64,000 nt of DNA from Camelus dromedarius (taxonomy: Eukaryota): assembly GCF_036321535.1 (NCBI RefSeq), contig NC_087447.1:50904001-50968000 (forward strand). The letters are read 5' to 3'. Below are positions 63,071-64,000 of the stretch, in pieces. A program made the position numbers and the translations under genes. The notes below the pieces were generated by a model. The model made no database searches. It was not told the origin of the DNA and saw nothing but the letters and a program-made list of their open reading frames with translations. Within the stretch, counting starts at the first letter, position 1; every line of letters starts with the position of its first letter.

Positions 63071-64000
63071 TGTATCTCTTTATATAATTTATTGGTGTGG
63101 TTACCCCAGAGATTACTATATATATATGTATAATTTATCATATTCCACCATTGTCAACATTCTACCACTTCAAGGAGAATGTATAAAACTAAACACTTTT
63201 TAGGTCCCTTTACCCTACCTCCTTCCTTTATATGATATAGATGTCTTAAATATCTCAAAATATATTGAGATTCATATCAGACAATATTATAGTTTTTGCT
63301 TTTAACCATCAAACACAATTTTCAAACTCTAGGAGGAAAATTGCCTTACTTATTTATATATTACCCTCTCCTTGGGTCTTTCTTTATTCCTGATGTTCCA
63401 AGTTGACTTCTTTTCCCCTGTATTATTGAGATGTAACTGACATAAAAAATTTTATGAGTTTTAGCTGTACAACATAATAATTTGATATATGTACACAAGC
63501 TGACTTTTAAAATCATTTTGTCTGAAGAACTTTTATTTCCATTTGGTTCTTCCTTATTCCTTTTGTTTCTCTGCTAAGACATTCTACATTTTCACTTGTT
63601 TAACAAGTGTTCATAACTGTTTGTCAGAGACATTTTATGATACCTGCTTTAAATTCTTAGATAATAATTCCAACATCCATTTCTCTTGCTGTTGATATCT
63701 ACTGATTATCTTTCCTCATTTAAGTTGAGATTTTTGCAGGTTTTGGTCTGATGAAAATTTTGGATTGTATCCTGGGCATTGCGAGTTTTAGGAGATTTGG
63801 TTCCCTATTAAAATCTATTTAAACAGATAGTTAACATATTAGGGTTTGAATACATGTCCTAGCTCACAATTATAGTCTGTGGCACAAATGCCAATTTAGT
63901 TTTCAAAGGCTATGCAGCGCCTCTCCCACCTTCACACTATGGGTTACCCAGAGGTCAATCTAAAACATGGATGGTGTTCCAAACAATTGTTCAGTTATCA

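Noticed and set aside
56244..64000. Further upstream GDPD4 exons
   Set aside because: No GDPD-like peptide with paired splice sites found; the region is mostly repeats, so the next exon probably lies outside the window

Overview
Mammalian nuclear DNA, probably a camelid or other cetartiodactyl (inferred from the L1 3'-UTR type and from seeing no Alu, Bov-tA, PRE1 or CAN SINEs). The GC-rich first ~16.5 kb holds the last 16 coding exons of MYO7A on the + strand (end of FERM1, SH3, MyTH4-2, FERM2; stop at 16055-16057). These exons join into one open frame, but only if intron 4464-5429 is spliced as a U12-type AT-AC intron. Facing it tail-to-tail on the - strand are the last 7 coding exons of GDPD4 (56243 down to ~18186), spread through AT-rich, LINE-1-dense introns. 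Those introns contain a full-length but inactivated L1 (~34680-41765) nested in an older L1, several truncated L1 copies, LTR/MLT, MER, MIR and L2 relics, and an old mitochondrial insertion (NUMT; ND5 end/ND6/CYTB) at ~54.4-55.36 kb. I found no convincing new biological system. The best leads are the AT-AC intron, the NUMT, an apparent stop-codon truncation of the GDPD4 C-terminus, and repair-type templated insertions in L1 sequence. Comparisons with human proteins, exon sizes and repeat consensus sequences are from memory and were not computed; repeat boundaries are approximate.
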